Source: Candidatus Poribacteria bacterium | GTDB taxonomy: Bacteria; Poribacteria; WGA-4E; WGA-3G | DNA length: 64,000 nt | Direction of reading: 5' to 3' | Assembly: GCA_003635315.1 (NCBI GenBank) | Contig: PYJD01000031.1 | Span: forward strand, 157,958-221,957 | Shown: piece by piece, positions 1 through 9,758 of the stretch | Layout of the letters: each line of letters opens with the position of its first letter | Position numbering within the stretch: position 1 is the first letter of the stretch | Program-made: the position numbers and the translations under genes | Notes under the pieces: generated by a model | What the model saw: only the letters and a program-made list of their open reading frames with translations | What the model was told of the DNA's origin: nothing | The model's database searches: none

Positions 1-96
1 CTTGGAGAATTAATTGAACATAAAGATACCCAAACTCTTTTTGAATCACCTGAACATGAGAGAACTGCAGATTATGTCCAAATGCGGTATGGTTAG
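1..96 (+). CDS. 3' end of a phosphate ABC transporter ATP-binding protein (PstB-like); 5' part lies outside the window
   Basis: Frame 1 translates to LGELIEHKDTQTLFESPEHERTADYVQMRYG*, matching the conserved PstB C-terminus (..TEDYITGRYG). Confidence 0.5.
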   Translation, partial: LGELIEHKDTQTLFESPEHERTADYVQMRYG

Positions 97-236
97 GTTT
101 AAAATAAGAATGCTACATTTTACAATTTACATAGATTTCCTATACACTGTTACTCAATGATCCTTCTTTTAGAGGAGATTATCAACCAAATTTCTGTTGC
201 TAATCTGGTATGATACCAACTTGACATCCAATTATC

Positions 237-971
237 ATGGACAAGACTAAACTGCTGTTTAATATAATTGCAGTTCCAATTCTGATTATAGTCCTAACTG
301 TATACTTGACTCTAACATTCACAGTTCCAACGGTTAATAGTGAAGTTAGTTTTGAGAGCATGAACATCAATCGAATCAACTTAGTGAAGGTTCGTTTGAT
401 GTGGATGATTCCTGTCTTGTGTGTGGCAATAATTGTGAGTGTTGTGATTGCGTTTGTTGTTGAAGAATGGCTATCCACAAATAACTTAATTCGTAGGATT
501 ATCGAACCTCAAATTATCATTCTGTCATCCATACCTTCAATTGTCTATGGAATATTAGCTATTTATTATCTTGTATTTAATCCGATTTCTTCCTCGTATG
601 TAAGTCTTGCTTTTATTGTCATTCTGTTGGTAGTCCCAATTACAACCCTATCTGCTCAAAATGCTATTAGGAATATTGATATATCAATACGACATGCAGC
701 GTATGCCGTAGGTGCTACGAAAACGAAGGTAATCCTTGACCATGTATTACCACTTTCGCTACTTGAAATATTGGGTGGTATCTGTCACACAATATCACGT
801 ACCCTGGCGGTTGCTGCACTTTGTATATTAGTATCAATTTTAGTGGAATCTCCAATTAGTGGACAAACAATAGTCAACATAGTGCACAATATTGGAATTT
901 TACTTTTACTGGTATTGTTATTCAGTATAGTTTCAAGTTTTCTCAGGAAAAACCCGAATGTCATGTATTGA
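237..971 (+). CDS. pstA: Phosphate ABC transporter permease, PstA-like (divergent, 244 aa)
   Basis: Multi-TM protein with EAA-loop signature RHAAYAVGATKTKVILDHVLPLSLLEILGG..RTLAVAA (PstA consensus reAAlALGATrW..VvLP). Lies between a pstB 3' end and pstB-phoU. In-frame stop at 222, so the start is not further upstream. Confidence 0.55.
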   Translation: MDKTKLLFNIIAVPILIIVLTVYLTLTFTVPTVNSEVSFESMNINRINLVKVRLMWMIPVLCVAIIVSVVIAFVVEEWLSTNNLIRRIIEPQIIILSSIPSIVYGILAIYYLVFNPISSSYVSLAFIVILLVVPITTLSAQNAIRNIDISIRHAAYAVGATKTKVILDHVLPLSLLEILGGICHTISRTLAVAALCILVSILVESPISGQTIVNIVHNIGILLLLVLLFSIVSSFLRKNPNVMY

Positions 972-1002
972 TCAACATACAATATGTTCATAGGTATCCA
1001 TA

Positions 1003-1758
1003 ATGACTCCCATAATACAGGTCAATGATCTGAATGTTTGGTTTGGAAAAAGACGAATTCTCAGAAATCTATCATTTGATATCCAACCAAGACAGGTAAC
1101 TGCCTTTATAGGTCCATCAAACTGTGGAAAAACTACAGTAATCCGCTGTCTAAATAGGTTGAATGATTTACAGGTAGATTATAGACATACCGGTGAAATA
1201 CTGATTAATGGTGAGGAGTTATATGCTCGAAAAAATAAAACAACAGAGATTGCCCGAAAAATTAGTATGGTGTTTGAGAAACCTATTCTCTTCAAAAAAT
1301 CAATATATGAAAATGTAGCCTATAGTGCGAGGATACGCGGTATTAAACATGTGACTCAAATCAGTAATATTGTTGATGAATGTTTGATGAAGGCTCATTT
1401 GTGGAATGAAGTTAAGGATCACCTTCACACAGATCCAAGTTTATTATCCATCGGTCAACAACAACAACTCTGTATTGCTCGAGCATTAGCATGTGAACCT
1501 GAAATCTTAATTTTTGACGAACCATGTTCACAATTAGATGCAACTGAGACCCCGAAAATTGAGACATTAATTCAAACACTTAAACAACAGTTTACTATTA
1601 TTTTTGTTACGAATAAAAGAAGGCAGGCAGCACGTGTTTCGGATGTCGCAGGTTTTCTGTACAATGGTGAACTAGTAGAAATTGGGAAGACAGAACAAAT
1701 TTTTACTACCCCAACAGATAATCGGACAGAAAACTACGTAACGGGTAGATTAGGTTAA
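1003..1758 (+). CDS. pstB: Phosphate import ATP-binding protein PstB
   Basis: Walker A GPSNCGKTT, ABC signature, and C-terminal TENYVTGRLG typical of PstB. Followed by phoU. Confidence 0.9.
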   Translation: MTPIIQVNDLNVWFGKRRILRNLSFDIQPRQVTAFIGPSNCGKTTVIRCLNRLNDLQVDYRHTGEILINGEELYARKNKTTEIARKISMVFEKPILFKKSIYENVAYSARIRGIKHVTQISNIVDECLMKAHLWNEVKDHLHTDPSLLSIGQQQQLCIARALACEPEILIFDEPCSQLDATETPKIETLIQTLKQQFTIIFVTNKRRQAARVSDVAGFLYNGELVEIGKTEQIFTTPTDNRTENYVTGRLG

Positions 1759-1782
1759 TGCTCATATTGTTTAGAGGTATAT

Positions 1783-2442
1783 ATGCAAAGTCATCTTGAA
1801 TCGGAATTAAAATCACTGCAGCATCAACTACTCAATATGGGTGGTATCGCTGAAAACATGTTACAGGAGGCTATTCTATCCGTTCTAAATAGAGATGAAA
1901 GTTTGGCTCAAAAAGTCATAACTTTAGACGATACCGTTGATAAACTTGAAAATGAGATCGAAGCTCAATGTATACATATAATAGCACGACACCAACCTGT
2001 CGCTTTTGAATTGCGATTCCTTACGATGACTTTAAAAGTAAACCAGAATATAGAGAGGTTAGCCGATAAATGTGTTTCCATTGCGAGAAGATCAATCGAA
2101 CTTTTACAATTTCCACCGATTCAACCCTTCGTTGATCTCCCATCCGTATGTGGAATTATACAAGAAATGGTTAAAGACTCCCTTGATTCATTGGTGCATC
2201 GAGATGCTAATCTTGCGGTGCAACTTCGTGAACGCGATAATAAGGTGAATGAGATCTATGAACAGACGCTAAGTGATTTATATGGAATACTACGTAGTAA
2301 TCCAGAAAATATACAACCTGGGATAAGCCTATTGTTATTATTTAGACATTTAGAAAGGATAGGAGATCTCGCTGTAAATATCGGGGAAGAAGTGTTTTAT
2401 TTGGTGAAAGGGGAAGTTATACGTCACCCAAATTCTGATTAG
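1783..2442 (+). CDS. phoU: Phosphate transport system regulator PhoU
   Basis: 219-aa two-repeat PhoU-like helical protein immediately downstream of pstB (conserved synteny). Confidence 0.8.
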   Translation: MQSHLESELKSLQHQLLNMGGIAENMLQEAILSVLNRDESLAQKVITLDDTVDKLENEIEAQCIHIIARHQPVAFELRFLTMTLKVNQNIERLADKCVSIARRSIELLQFPPIQPFVDLPSVCGIIQEMVKDSLDSLVHRDANLAVQLRERDNKVNEIYEQTLSDLYGILRSNPENIQPGISLLLLFRHLERIGDLAVNIGEEVFYLVKGEVIRHPNSD

Positions 2443-2469
2443 TTTTATCACAAATTGCTATACCCAAAA

Positions 2470-3687
2470 TCAATTTGATGAATTGTCTTGTTTTGGATAA
2501 AAATGAACATCTCTTTGTGGAAATGGGATTCTTATATTATATTTATTTAGCTTATCCCACACCATAAAATGTAAATCACTCGCTACATCAAACCGCATAA
2601 ATGAATCTGGTATCCATACAAATAATTCAAAGTCTAATGATGATTCACCAAAACTTGTAAACCTGACAAACGGTGCTGTTACATTCTCCATTTCATGAGT
2701 AGGTTCTTTTATTACCTCTTCATGTTCAGCTGCAGCTTCCAATAAAGCATTTTTTACGATTATTACATCTGAATCGTAAGACACTCCCACCGGAATTCGA
2801 ACTCGAAAACGATTATTATAATGGGTGAGATTATGTACGGGTTCAGTAATTAAATTGGAATTTGGCACAATAATTTCCTTCTCATCAAGCGCCATAATAA
2901 CAGTTGACCTTAAGTTAATACTACTGACTCTGCCAAAGATATTCACATCCATAATCTCTACCAAATCACCAATTTTGATTGGTCGTTCAAATATCAAAAT
3001 AAACCCTGATATTAAATTTGCAACTGTATTCTGTAGACCGAACCCAATACCGATACTCAACCCCCCAAAAATAATTGCAAAGCTTGTAAAATTCATACCG
3101 ATGGTTCTAAGACTTATTAGAACACCGATGGTTATCATCACAAAATGGATGAGTCGTAAGATTATAAACTGTGTATGTCGTTCAATTTGAAAGGCTTGCA
3201 ATACCTGGTTCTGGAGTAACCACTGTGTATATTTTGAAAGCACAAACATACCAAATATGATTGCAAAAGCGTAGAATATATTGGCTAAAGTTAAGGTGGG
3301 TTCTTCTAAGTCTGGTTTAGGAGTATCTGTAGGATCATCTACTGTAGGTTCGGTAGAGTCTGTAGTAGATTTGAAGAGTTTAACAAGGTCATATCGAAAA
3401 ACCTTATCAAATATATCTATGTTGATTTCTGAAAATTTGAATGCAAAACTAATTCCCAGAATTAACGTGATGAGGAACAGTATAGCAATTATACGATTTT
3501 TTAGATTATCAGCTATTTTCAGTTTGGAAAACACTCGTCGAAACCATCTACGGAATACTGCTATTCCAAACAACCAAACTGCTACAAATCCAACTAATCT
3601 CACAATTTGTTCTACCTTAACTTCCTCATCTAAGGTAAGAACAGTTTTACTCAGTATTTCGCTAATTTGGCTTAGTAGATTTTCCAT
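2470..3687 (-). CDS. Mechanosensitive ion channel, MscS family
   Basis: N-terminal TM helices plus conserved MscS pore/beta-domain motif LISGFILIFERPIKIGDLVEI; 405 aa. Confidence 0.8.
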   Translation of the reverse strand: MENLLSQISEILSKTVLTLDEEVKVEQIVRLVGFVAVWLFGIAVFRRWFRRVFSKLKIADNLKNRIIAILFLITLILGISFAFKFSEINIDIFDKVFRYDLVKLFKSTTDSTEPTVDDPTDTPKPDLEEPTLTLANIFYAFAIIFGMFVLSKYTQWLLQNQVLQAFQIERHTQFIILRLIHFVMITIGVLISLRTIGMNFTSFAIIFGGLSIGIGFGLQNTVANLISGFILIFERPIKIGDLVEIMDVNIFGRVSSINLRSTVIMALDEKEIIVPNSNLITEPVHNLTHYNNRFRVRIPVGVSYDSDVIIVKNALLEAAAEHEEVIKEPTHEMENVTAPFVRFTSFGESSLDFELFVWIPDSFMRFDVASDLHFMVWDKLNKYNIRIPFPQRDVHFYPKQDNSSN

Positions 3688-3783
3688 ATTGCAAAGTAGG
3701 ATGATTTCGTCAATGGATTATGATTTTTCTGATAACTTAAAAATTGCTACACTCTATTGGTTAACAGTATCTTATAGTGAACA

Positions 3784-3913
3784 TTGAAAATAATAACACA
3801 AAATCCCTGTAGGAGCGATTTCCGAATCGCGATTTAACTCACTGATAGTCGGGAATCGGAGTTCGCTCCTACATCTCAAAATGTTCCATTAATTCAAAAG
3901 CTTACTATAAAAG
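3784..3913. repeat. ~130-bp hairpin repeat (copy A). Acts as a rho-independent terminator on the minus strand for the transporter gene 3999..6275.
   Basis: Long imperfect hairpin GTAGGAGCGAttTCCGA...TCGGagTTCGCTCCTAC. On the minus strand it is followed by GGGAUUUUGUGUUAUUAUUUU. About 93% identical to copy B at 6358..6488. Confidence 0.7.
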
Positions 3914-3998
3914 ATGTAACACCATTATAAATCAATGGGACTACATTGAAGATATATCAATATCTCAAGGAAGTATAGGGGTATTGGATGGCGTCTAT

Positions 3999-6275
3999 TT
4001 AATCTATTGAAATCGTCTGTTTTGTGTGTACGAATAATACATCATTCACACCTGCATATCTTTGCAGGATAAGGTCCAATTCATCAGAATTGAGATCATC
4101 ACTTGTTAAACCAACAATTACTAAATCTGCTTGTGCTGATCTATGTGTAACTTCTTCCTCCATGGTCTCCTCATTTTCATAAGAAACAGAAGTTACATTT
4201 TGCATAGAAATGGGTAATCTACCTTCTTTGATTACAGTTGAAAGATGATCTGTATCCAGTTCAGTATCCCAAGAATCTGCACAAGCAAAAAGACGTATCT
4301 TCGCCTTCTTCCATTCAGGATGACCAACAAGTATATATGCCAGCAACAACATCATGGGAACATTCGAAATGTTGTCATTGGTAACCCATACATGGATAGA
4401 TGATCTGTAACCAAAACGATACTTTGTTGACCGAAGAATCAGAACATTGAAAAGGGAATCTACTGCCAGAAGTGCTCCTTGTTGAACTTCAGCAATCTCT
4501 TCTGGATGCTCTTTATCAAACTCAAGCAATATAGAGTTATTTGGTAAACCCGAAATACCGGGCATTTGCATTACTTGTGACAGAGCGAGTTGGAAATCAG
4601 GACAAATGAGCGAATCCACAAAAACACCCGCACCACTTGCCTCGGATTGTTGAATGAGTGCCTCAACATGCATACGTGCAGATATTTCATCAGTAAATGA
4701 ATAATCCCCTTGGAAATATTGTATAAAATGACCGAATCCATGCCTATGACAAATCCAACGTAATAAATCAAAGTGTCCAAGACGTCTTTCCCCAAATTGT
4801 GTGATTGCAACTATGGAAGGACGCCAACCACTTTCTGATATATTCGCCCGTTCTTTCTGCAATGTTGTTTGCAACCATCGTGTCAATTGAAACATAGCAC
4901 CTTGAAAAATTCCTGACAATCCACGTTGTTCATCACGACCCCTACGTAATCCTATATAGATCGCCATCATGATTGTTATAGAAATGATGGCGGAGAGAAA
5001 ACTGATTTGAAACATCATGATACCACACATGATTGTTCCCAGTAAGGATACATACCATCGAGAATGGAATGTTGGACGATAGGATGGATTTCCTGCGAAA
5101 TATTCAAGGAACGAGACAATACAAAGTGCACCATAGGTTACAAGGAAGAACATTGTCAATATCTTAGCAATGAAGTTTATTCCACCTATAGAAACAAAGA
5201 CCAATGCAATTATTCCTGAGACAAAAGTTGCTGGTACCGGATCCTGTTCTTTACCTACACCAAAACGCAACAATCTATTTATACTTGGGATTGGCATGAC
5301 ATTGTCTCTTGCAAGTGCTTGTAGTGTTCTGGGTGCAACCATAATTGATCCCAAAGCAGATGATAAGGATGCTGCACCTAACCCTATGTAAATAGCAGGT
5401 TCAAAGAGTGAGATCTTCCCCATAATAAACTGATCATTGGCAAGGTCGTTGGGTGTGGCATTCCAGCTTAACTTAACTGCCACCAGAATATATACTACCA
5501 TTCCAGCTAAGGTCGCACTAATTGTACCGAGTGGTATACTCCGCTGTGGATTATTTAGGTCACCAGATAGACCCAAACCTGCAATCATTCCAGTAAAGGC
5601 AGGAAAACATGTGGCGAAAACTATACCGAATCTTTCTGGTTCAGCGATAGTTGCGATGATATTCAAAGCCATTGGCGTATTGCCTTGCTCTGGACTTCCA
5701 AATAAGAATGATAAGAGCGCTGCACCCAGAATAATACAAATTGCCCACAGCATGGATACCCCTATATTCGCTCCCTTAGTCAGCATGATTATCACTAAAA
5801 GCACTGTTCCAGGAATACTTACCCAACGTAGATTAATATCACTTTCAAATTCATAACGTAATTGTATATAATCAAAGATCGGTTTAAATGCTTCTGCAAA
5901 TGCGACCATATAGAAGGCGATTGATATCGCTTGTGAAAGGAATAAAGCTAAACCGATGGTTCCACCAATACTTGTACCAAAGGATCGGCTTACAATATAG
6001 TAGGCACCACCCCCCGCAACTCTTCGGTTAGTTGCTACTTCTGAAACAGCAAGTACAGTAGGAATTGTCACCAAATGACCAAGTACTATAATGGCAAGTG
6101 TCTTCAATAAACCGACATTCCCTACCACATAACCAAAACGCAAAAACAAGATCGCACCAAGAATTGTACTTATTGACGCCAAGAAGACTGGAGCAGTTCC
6201 AAATCCATGACCAAACTGAGGAGTACTATTCCCATTGCCTGATGTACTGGTTTGTTGACCTAACTTTGAAATCAT
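3999..6275 (-). CDS. APC-superfamily transporter with large C-terminal cytoplasmic domain (cation-chloride cotransporter / amino-acid permease-like)
   Basis: 758 aa; ~12 TM N-terminal permease domain with APC-like glycine-rich helices, followed by a ~300-aa soluble C-terminal domain as in the SLC12/CCC family. Confidence 0.55.
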   Translation of the reverse strand: MISKLGQQTSTSGNGNSTPQFGHGFGTAPVFLASISTILGAILFLRFGYVVGNVGLLKTLAIIVLGHLVTIPTVLAVSEVATNRRVAGGGAYYIVSRSFGTSIGGTIGLALFLSQAISIAFYMVAFAEAFKPIFDYIQLRYEFESDINLRWVSIPGTVLLVIIMLTKGANIGVSMLWAICIILGAALLSFLFGSPEQGNTPMALNIIATIAEPERFGIVFATCFPAFTGMIAGLGLSGDLNNPQRSIPLGTISATLAGMVVYILVAVKLSWNATPNDLANDQFIMGKISLFEPAIYIGLGAASLSSALGSIMVAPRTLQALARDNVMPIPSINRLLRFGVGKEQDPVPATFVSGIIALVFVSIGGINFIAKILTMFFLVTYGALCIVSFLEYFAGNPSYRPTFHSRWYVSLLGTIMCGIMMFQISFLSAIISITIMMAIYIGLRRGRDEQRGLSGIFQGAMFQLTRWLQTTLQKERANISESGWRPSIVAITQFGERRLGHFDLLRWICHRHGFGHFIQYFQGDYSFTDEISARMHVEALIQQSEASGAGVFVDSLICPDFQLALSQVMQMPGISGLPNNSILLEFDKEHPEEIAEVQQGALLAVDSLFNVLILRSTKYRFGYRSSIHVWVTNDNISNVPMMLLLAYILVGHPEWKKAKIRLFACADSWDTELDTDHLSTVIKEGRLPISMQNVTSVSYENEETMEEEVTHRSAQADLVIVGLTSDDLNSDELDLILQRYAGVNDVLFVHTKQTISID

Positions 6276-6357
6276 GGTTGATATCCTTCAGCTAATGGTG
6301 TTTCTGACATGATTCTTCTATACATCCTATATTCAATTAACTTTATACTATAGTGTA

Positions 6358-6488
6358 CTTGAAAATAATAACACAAAATCCCTGTAGGAGCGATCTCCGA
6401 ATCGCGACTTAACTCAGTGATAGTCGGGAATCGGAGTTCCCTCCTACATCTAAAAATGTTCCATCAATTCAAGAGTTTACTATAAACA
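6358..6488. repeat. ~130-bp hairpin repeat (copy B). Acts as a terminator on the minus strand for gene 6532..7266.
   Basis: Near-identical to 3784..3913; sits 47 bp beyond the 3' end of the minus-strand gene 6532..7266. Confidence 0.7.
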
Positions 6489-6531
6489 CAACAAGAGATA
6501 GATGTATACGAATTAGCATAAATAGTAAGAG

Positions 6532-7266
6532 TTAGAGTTTAAATCGAAAGATAGTCAGATACTTATGATGTAATTTCTCTGTTAAAGGTTCGCTATTGTA
6601 ACTAATTGAGCCACTTAATCGCAACCCTAATCGAGTCGTTAAGTTAAACGTGAGTGCCGGTTCTGCTAAATACTGAAAGTTCTGAAAACCAACTTGTGGT
6701 GTGAATTTCATGGATATATTCAATTTTCTCCAACCAATTGATGAAAATGCTAACCACCTGAAGGATGTAGGATCAAATTTTCTGACAGTTAGGTCTTTAT
6801 AGGGTTGGATATTTTCAAGAAAATAACCTAATCCTCCAGATATACGCAACACCCCTTTTTCATAAATACCCGGACGAATATATCCACCAATCTGTACTGT
6901 CAGCGCAGTTCCTTGGGTTATATTGCGTTCTAAATCCGTGAATACTTCAACCCCGTATGTACGTATACGCATCCCACCTTGGATACGTCCTTTCGCAATT
7001 TCTGTAATTACACCTTCTTTACCTGAACCACGAGAACCAAATACACCCGCCCATCCATTGATTGTCTTAAAGGGTACTACTGCTGTTAGCGTGATGGTCT
7101 GTAAAGCATCATCACCTGCAATTCCTAAATCTAATGTCTTAGCATCATGTGGCAAATCTGCAAACTGGCTATACGCTGGAATTTCAATGATAATTAAGAA
7201 TATTGACAGAAGTATGATTCTAATTATAATCTTATTCATATCATATAAATGACATCCAACTATCAT
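6532..7266 (-). CDS. Secreted/outer-membrane protein, paralog 1 (possibly a MipA/OmpV-like beta-barrel)
   Basis: Signal peptide (IILLSIFLIIIEIPAYS/QF), alternating beta-strand pattern, 244 aa. About 45% identical to the neighbouring 7596..8348 product. Confidence 0.4.
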   Translation of the reverse strand: MIVGCHLYDMNKIIIRIILLSIFLIIIEIPAYSQFADLPHDAKTLDLGIAGDDALQTITLTAVVPFKTINGWAGVFGSRGSGKEGVITEIAKGRIQGGMRIRTYGVEVFTDLERNITQGTALTVQIGGYIRPGIYEKGVLRISGGLGYFLENIQPYKDLTVRKFDPTSFRWLAFSSIGWRKLNISMKFTPQVGFQNFQYLAEPALTFNLTTRLGLRLSGSISYNSEPLTEKLHHKYLTIFRFKL

Positions 7267-7472
7267 TATTCAATCTTGATTGAGTAAATAAAATACTTAG
7301 TTAAACGCACATATATTACCCATTATAATAGTAAATGTCAAGGAATTACACACAAAATATAACAATATACAATTATATTTTAACGTGTATTCGGTTTAAT
7401 ATTCATTTAATCTTATTTTTTTATACTATGATTTTACCCTTTCCCACCCCCGGTAGGTTCACAAGATTCGTC

Positions 7473-7525
7473 ATTAAATTAAAAAGGGTTTAGTATTTCA
7501 AAACTGTGAAATACCAAACCCTTTT
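7473..7525. terminator. Bidirectional rho-independent terminator
   Basis: AAAAAGGGTTTaGTATTTCA-aaactg-TGAAATACcAAACCCTTTTTAT, about 70 bp past the 3' end of minus-strand gene 7596..8348. Confidence 0.75.
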
Positions 7526-7595
7526 TATGACTCATTTCAAACTAACAATGAATACACATAATAAATTATAAAATATAATATCTATTCTGTATACA

Positions 7596-8348
7596 CTACA
7601 GGGTTATACGTAATATAGAAAGATATACATACTGTAAATTATCTGTTAAGGGTTCACTGTTATAGGTAACAGTTCCACTAACGCGAAAACCGAAACGATT
7701 TGAAAGATCAATGGTTACAGCTGGTTCCGCACAAATCCTGTAGTTTTTAAACCCTATTTCAGGAGTGAAGGTTAACTCAGTATTGATCTTATTCCAGTCA
7801 ACTGTAGAAGTAACTAACCATCTAAATGCCGTAGGGTCAAATTGTCTAACTTTTAACTCTTCAAATGGTCGTATAGTTTCTAAAAAATAACCGAAATTTG
7901 CTGAAATACTCAGTGAACCCTTTTTATACTCACCAGGTTGAATAGTTCCACCAACTTGAGCAGTTAAGGCACTTCCATCCAACATATTACGTTCAAAATA
8001 TGAAAAAGCCTCTACTTCAACTACTTTAACGTCGATGATACTTTCAACATGTAACTTTACTATTTCTGAAAGAACTCCTTCTTCACCTGAGGAACGAGAT
8101 CCGAAAAAACCTGCCCAACCATTGATGTTTGTAACAGGCACAACAGCGGTTAGGGTTACAGTCCTATGAGTTGAATTACCAGTAAGTCCAATATCAACTG
8201 TTTTTTGATCCTCAGGTAAATCAGTAAATTGACCATAAACTGGTAACGATATAAAAAACAAGGATAAAACAATAAGTGTAAGTAGACATTTTCTTAAAAC
8301 ACAATTAAATCGGGATAACCCCACCTGTGTTTCTGTTAAGTAATGCAT
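7596..8348 (-). CDS. Secreted/outer-membrane protein, paralog 2
   Basis: Signal peptide; shared motifs LTAVVP..INGWAG.FGSR.SG.EGV, FDPT.FRWL, SG...YNSEPLT with 6532..7266. Confidence 0.4.
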   Translation of the reverse strand: MHYLTETQVGLSRFNCVLRKCLLTLIVLSLFFISLPVYGQFTDLPEDQKTVDIGLTGNSTHRTVTLTAVVPVTNINGWAGFFGSRSSGEEGVLSEIVKLHVESIIDVKVVEVEAFSYFERNMLDGSALTAQVGGTIQPGEYKKGSLSISANFGYFLETIRPFEELKVRQFDPTAFRWLVTSTVDWNKINTELTFTPEIGFKNYRICAEPAVTIDLSNRFGFRVSGTVTYNSEPLTDNLQYVYLSILRITL

Positions 8349-8816
8349 ACAGGGGGTTTGGAAACTTACGGGTTAGTCCTGAACTATAAAATAATCGAAT
8401 ATGGATTCGATTAAAACACCTGCCAAACAGTGAGTAGCCATACCTCCAAGTATCACCAACAAAATCCAATTGTATATTTGTAATGTAGGATTTAGATTAT
8501 TCAGAAATATCTCAACATCTATGACGATATTCTGTTTATTTATTGTTGTATAACAACGTAATTCTGTATTTATGGTTTCTACATTATAAAATAATTCTTA
8601 TAGAATTTTTTATTCCCCATATTTTGTAAATCACATAAAAAATGATTGTGATATTGTACTCTCTAAATTCTAAAATTTCAAATTGAAATGAAGGTTTTTT
8701 TGCGTTTTTTTTTTTGAATATAATGTCTTTGTCTTGGAAATTCTATTCACTTGTCACAATCACAATTCCATGATAGACTGATGCTGTTTGAGAACTGAAT
8801 TTTGAGGTACAAATTC

Positions 8817-9746
8817 ATGGAATATAATGAACTCGCAACAAAGAAACCATTTATAGTAAACAAGAATCTTGGAAGTGCTTTAGAAGTAGAACCAGAAGAA
8901 TTAACAACTACTAATGCTGATGGATTACCTATAATCCTTCCAACTCAAAAACAAAAATACGATTTCGATCGTAAAGGATGGCTTCTTGTTCCAGATGTCT
9001 TATCCGAACAAGAAATATCTGAAATACAAACATTCTGTAAAGAAATTAAAAATAATGATCCAGATATCACTGAACCCCAAATTTGTGGTTTAGAAGGTCC
9101 AATGCAGAAATTGGCGGATCATCCCGTTGTTGTTGGATTATTAAATGAATTTCTGGCATATCCCCCAACCGCAAGTGAGGAATGCTACGGGTTTCGTCTT
9201 GAAAAATCCGATGTCCAATTGGGGTTTAAAAAGGTGGAGAAACACAAAGACAAAGAAAATAACGCTGGGAATGGTCTGTTTCGTTTGCCAGGTGATTCAC
9301 ATATTTATCGATGTGTTCCCGGAAGAGCATGGAGCGGTTTGACGAGGATTATTTGGGAATTATCTGAAGTCAATACAAAGTCAAACGATATACGATTCAT
9401 TACTGCAAGCCACAAGAGTGCCTATGTTGTTCCACAAACCATTCACAATAACAATACACAGATGTGGGAAACCTATGATTGTCCACCAGGATCATTAATT
9501 CTTCTAACTGAATCCATTACTCAGAAGTATGTTACGATATCCACTGATCAGAATGTAGATAGATTACGGATTACAAATTTATATAATACTATTGCAAGTC
9601 GTTGGTGCAATTGGTTACCATCCCCTAAACTTATCGATTCCATGCCACCGAAACGTCAATCCCTCTTTAGAGAGACTTTTGCTGGGGGTAATGTCGTCAA
9701 AGGACATTTTGGAGATCGTACTTCACCATATCCAATAAATATCTAA
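8817..9746 (+). CDS. PhyH-like / double-stranded beta-helix family protein, paralog 1 (function unknown)
   Basis: N-terminus resembles PhyH-family proteins (LPTQKQKYDFDRKGWLLVPDVLSEQEISEIQ). Track ORF uses a TTG at 8802, so the ATG at 8817 is chosen. The canonical HxD...H iron triad is not obvious. Confidence 0.35.
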   Translation: MEYNELATKKPFIVNKNLGSALEVEPEELTTTNADGLPIILPTQKQKYDFDRKGWLLVPDVLSEQEISEIQTFCKEIKNNDPDITEPQICGLEGPMQKLADHPVVVGLLNEFLAYPPTASEECYGFRLEKSDVQLGFKKVEKHKDKENNAGNGLFRLPGDSHIYRCVPGRAWSGLTRIIWELSEVNTKSNDIRFITASHKSAYVVPQTIHNNNTQMWETYDCPPGSLILLTESITQKYVTISTDQNVDRLRITNLYNTIASRWCNWLPSPKLIDSMPPKRQSLFRETFAGGNVVKGHFGDRTSPYPINI

Positions 9747-9758
9747 GTTAGGTTCAGT

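Noticed and set aside
3281-3787. Track ORF 3281..3787 (+), 168 aa
   Set aside because: It is fully antisense to the well-supported MscS gene, has low-complexity S/V/T composition and no motifs, and is a spurious antisense ORF. The same reasoning applies to other internal antisense ORFs in the track (e.g. 2825..3190, 5437..5856, 35647..36102, 44729..45145, 46599..47054).
3784-3913. Riboswitch (e.g. c-di-AMP/ydaO-type) upstream of the MscS and transporter genes
   Set aside because: The structure is a single long imperfect hairpin followed by a U-tract on the minus strand. Each copy lies immediately 3' of a minus-strand gene, so a terminator/REP module is the simpler explanation. No multi-stem pseudo-symmetric ydaO architecture was recognised.
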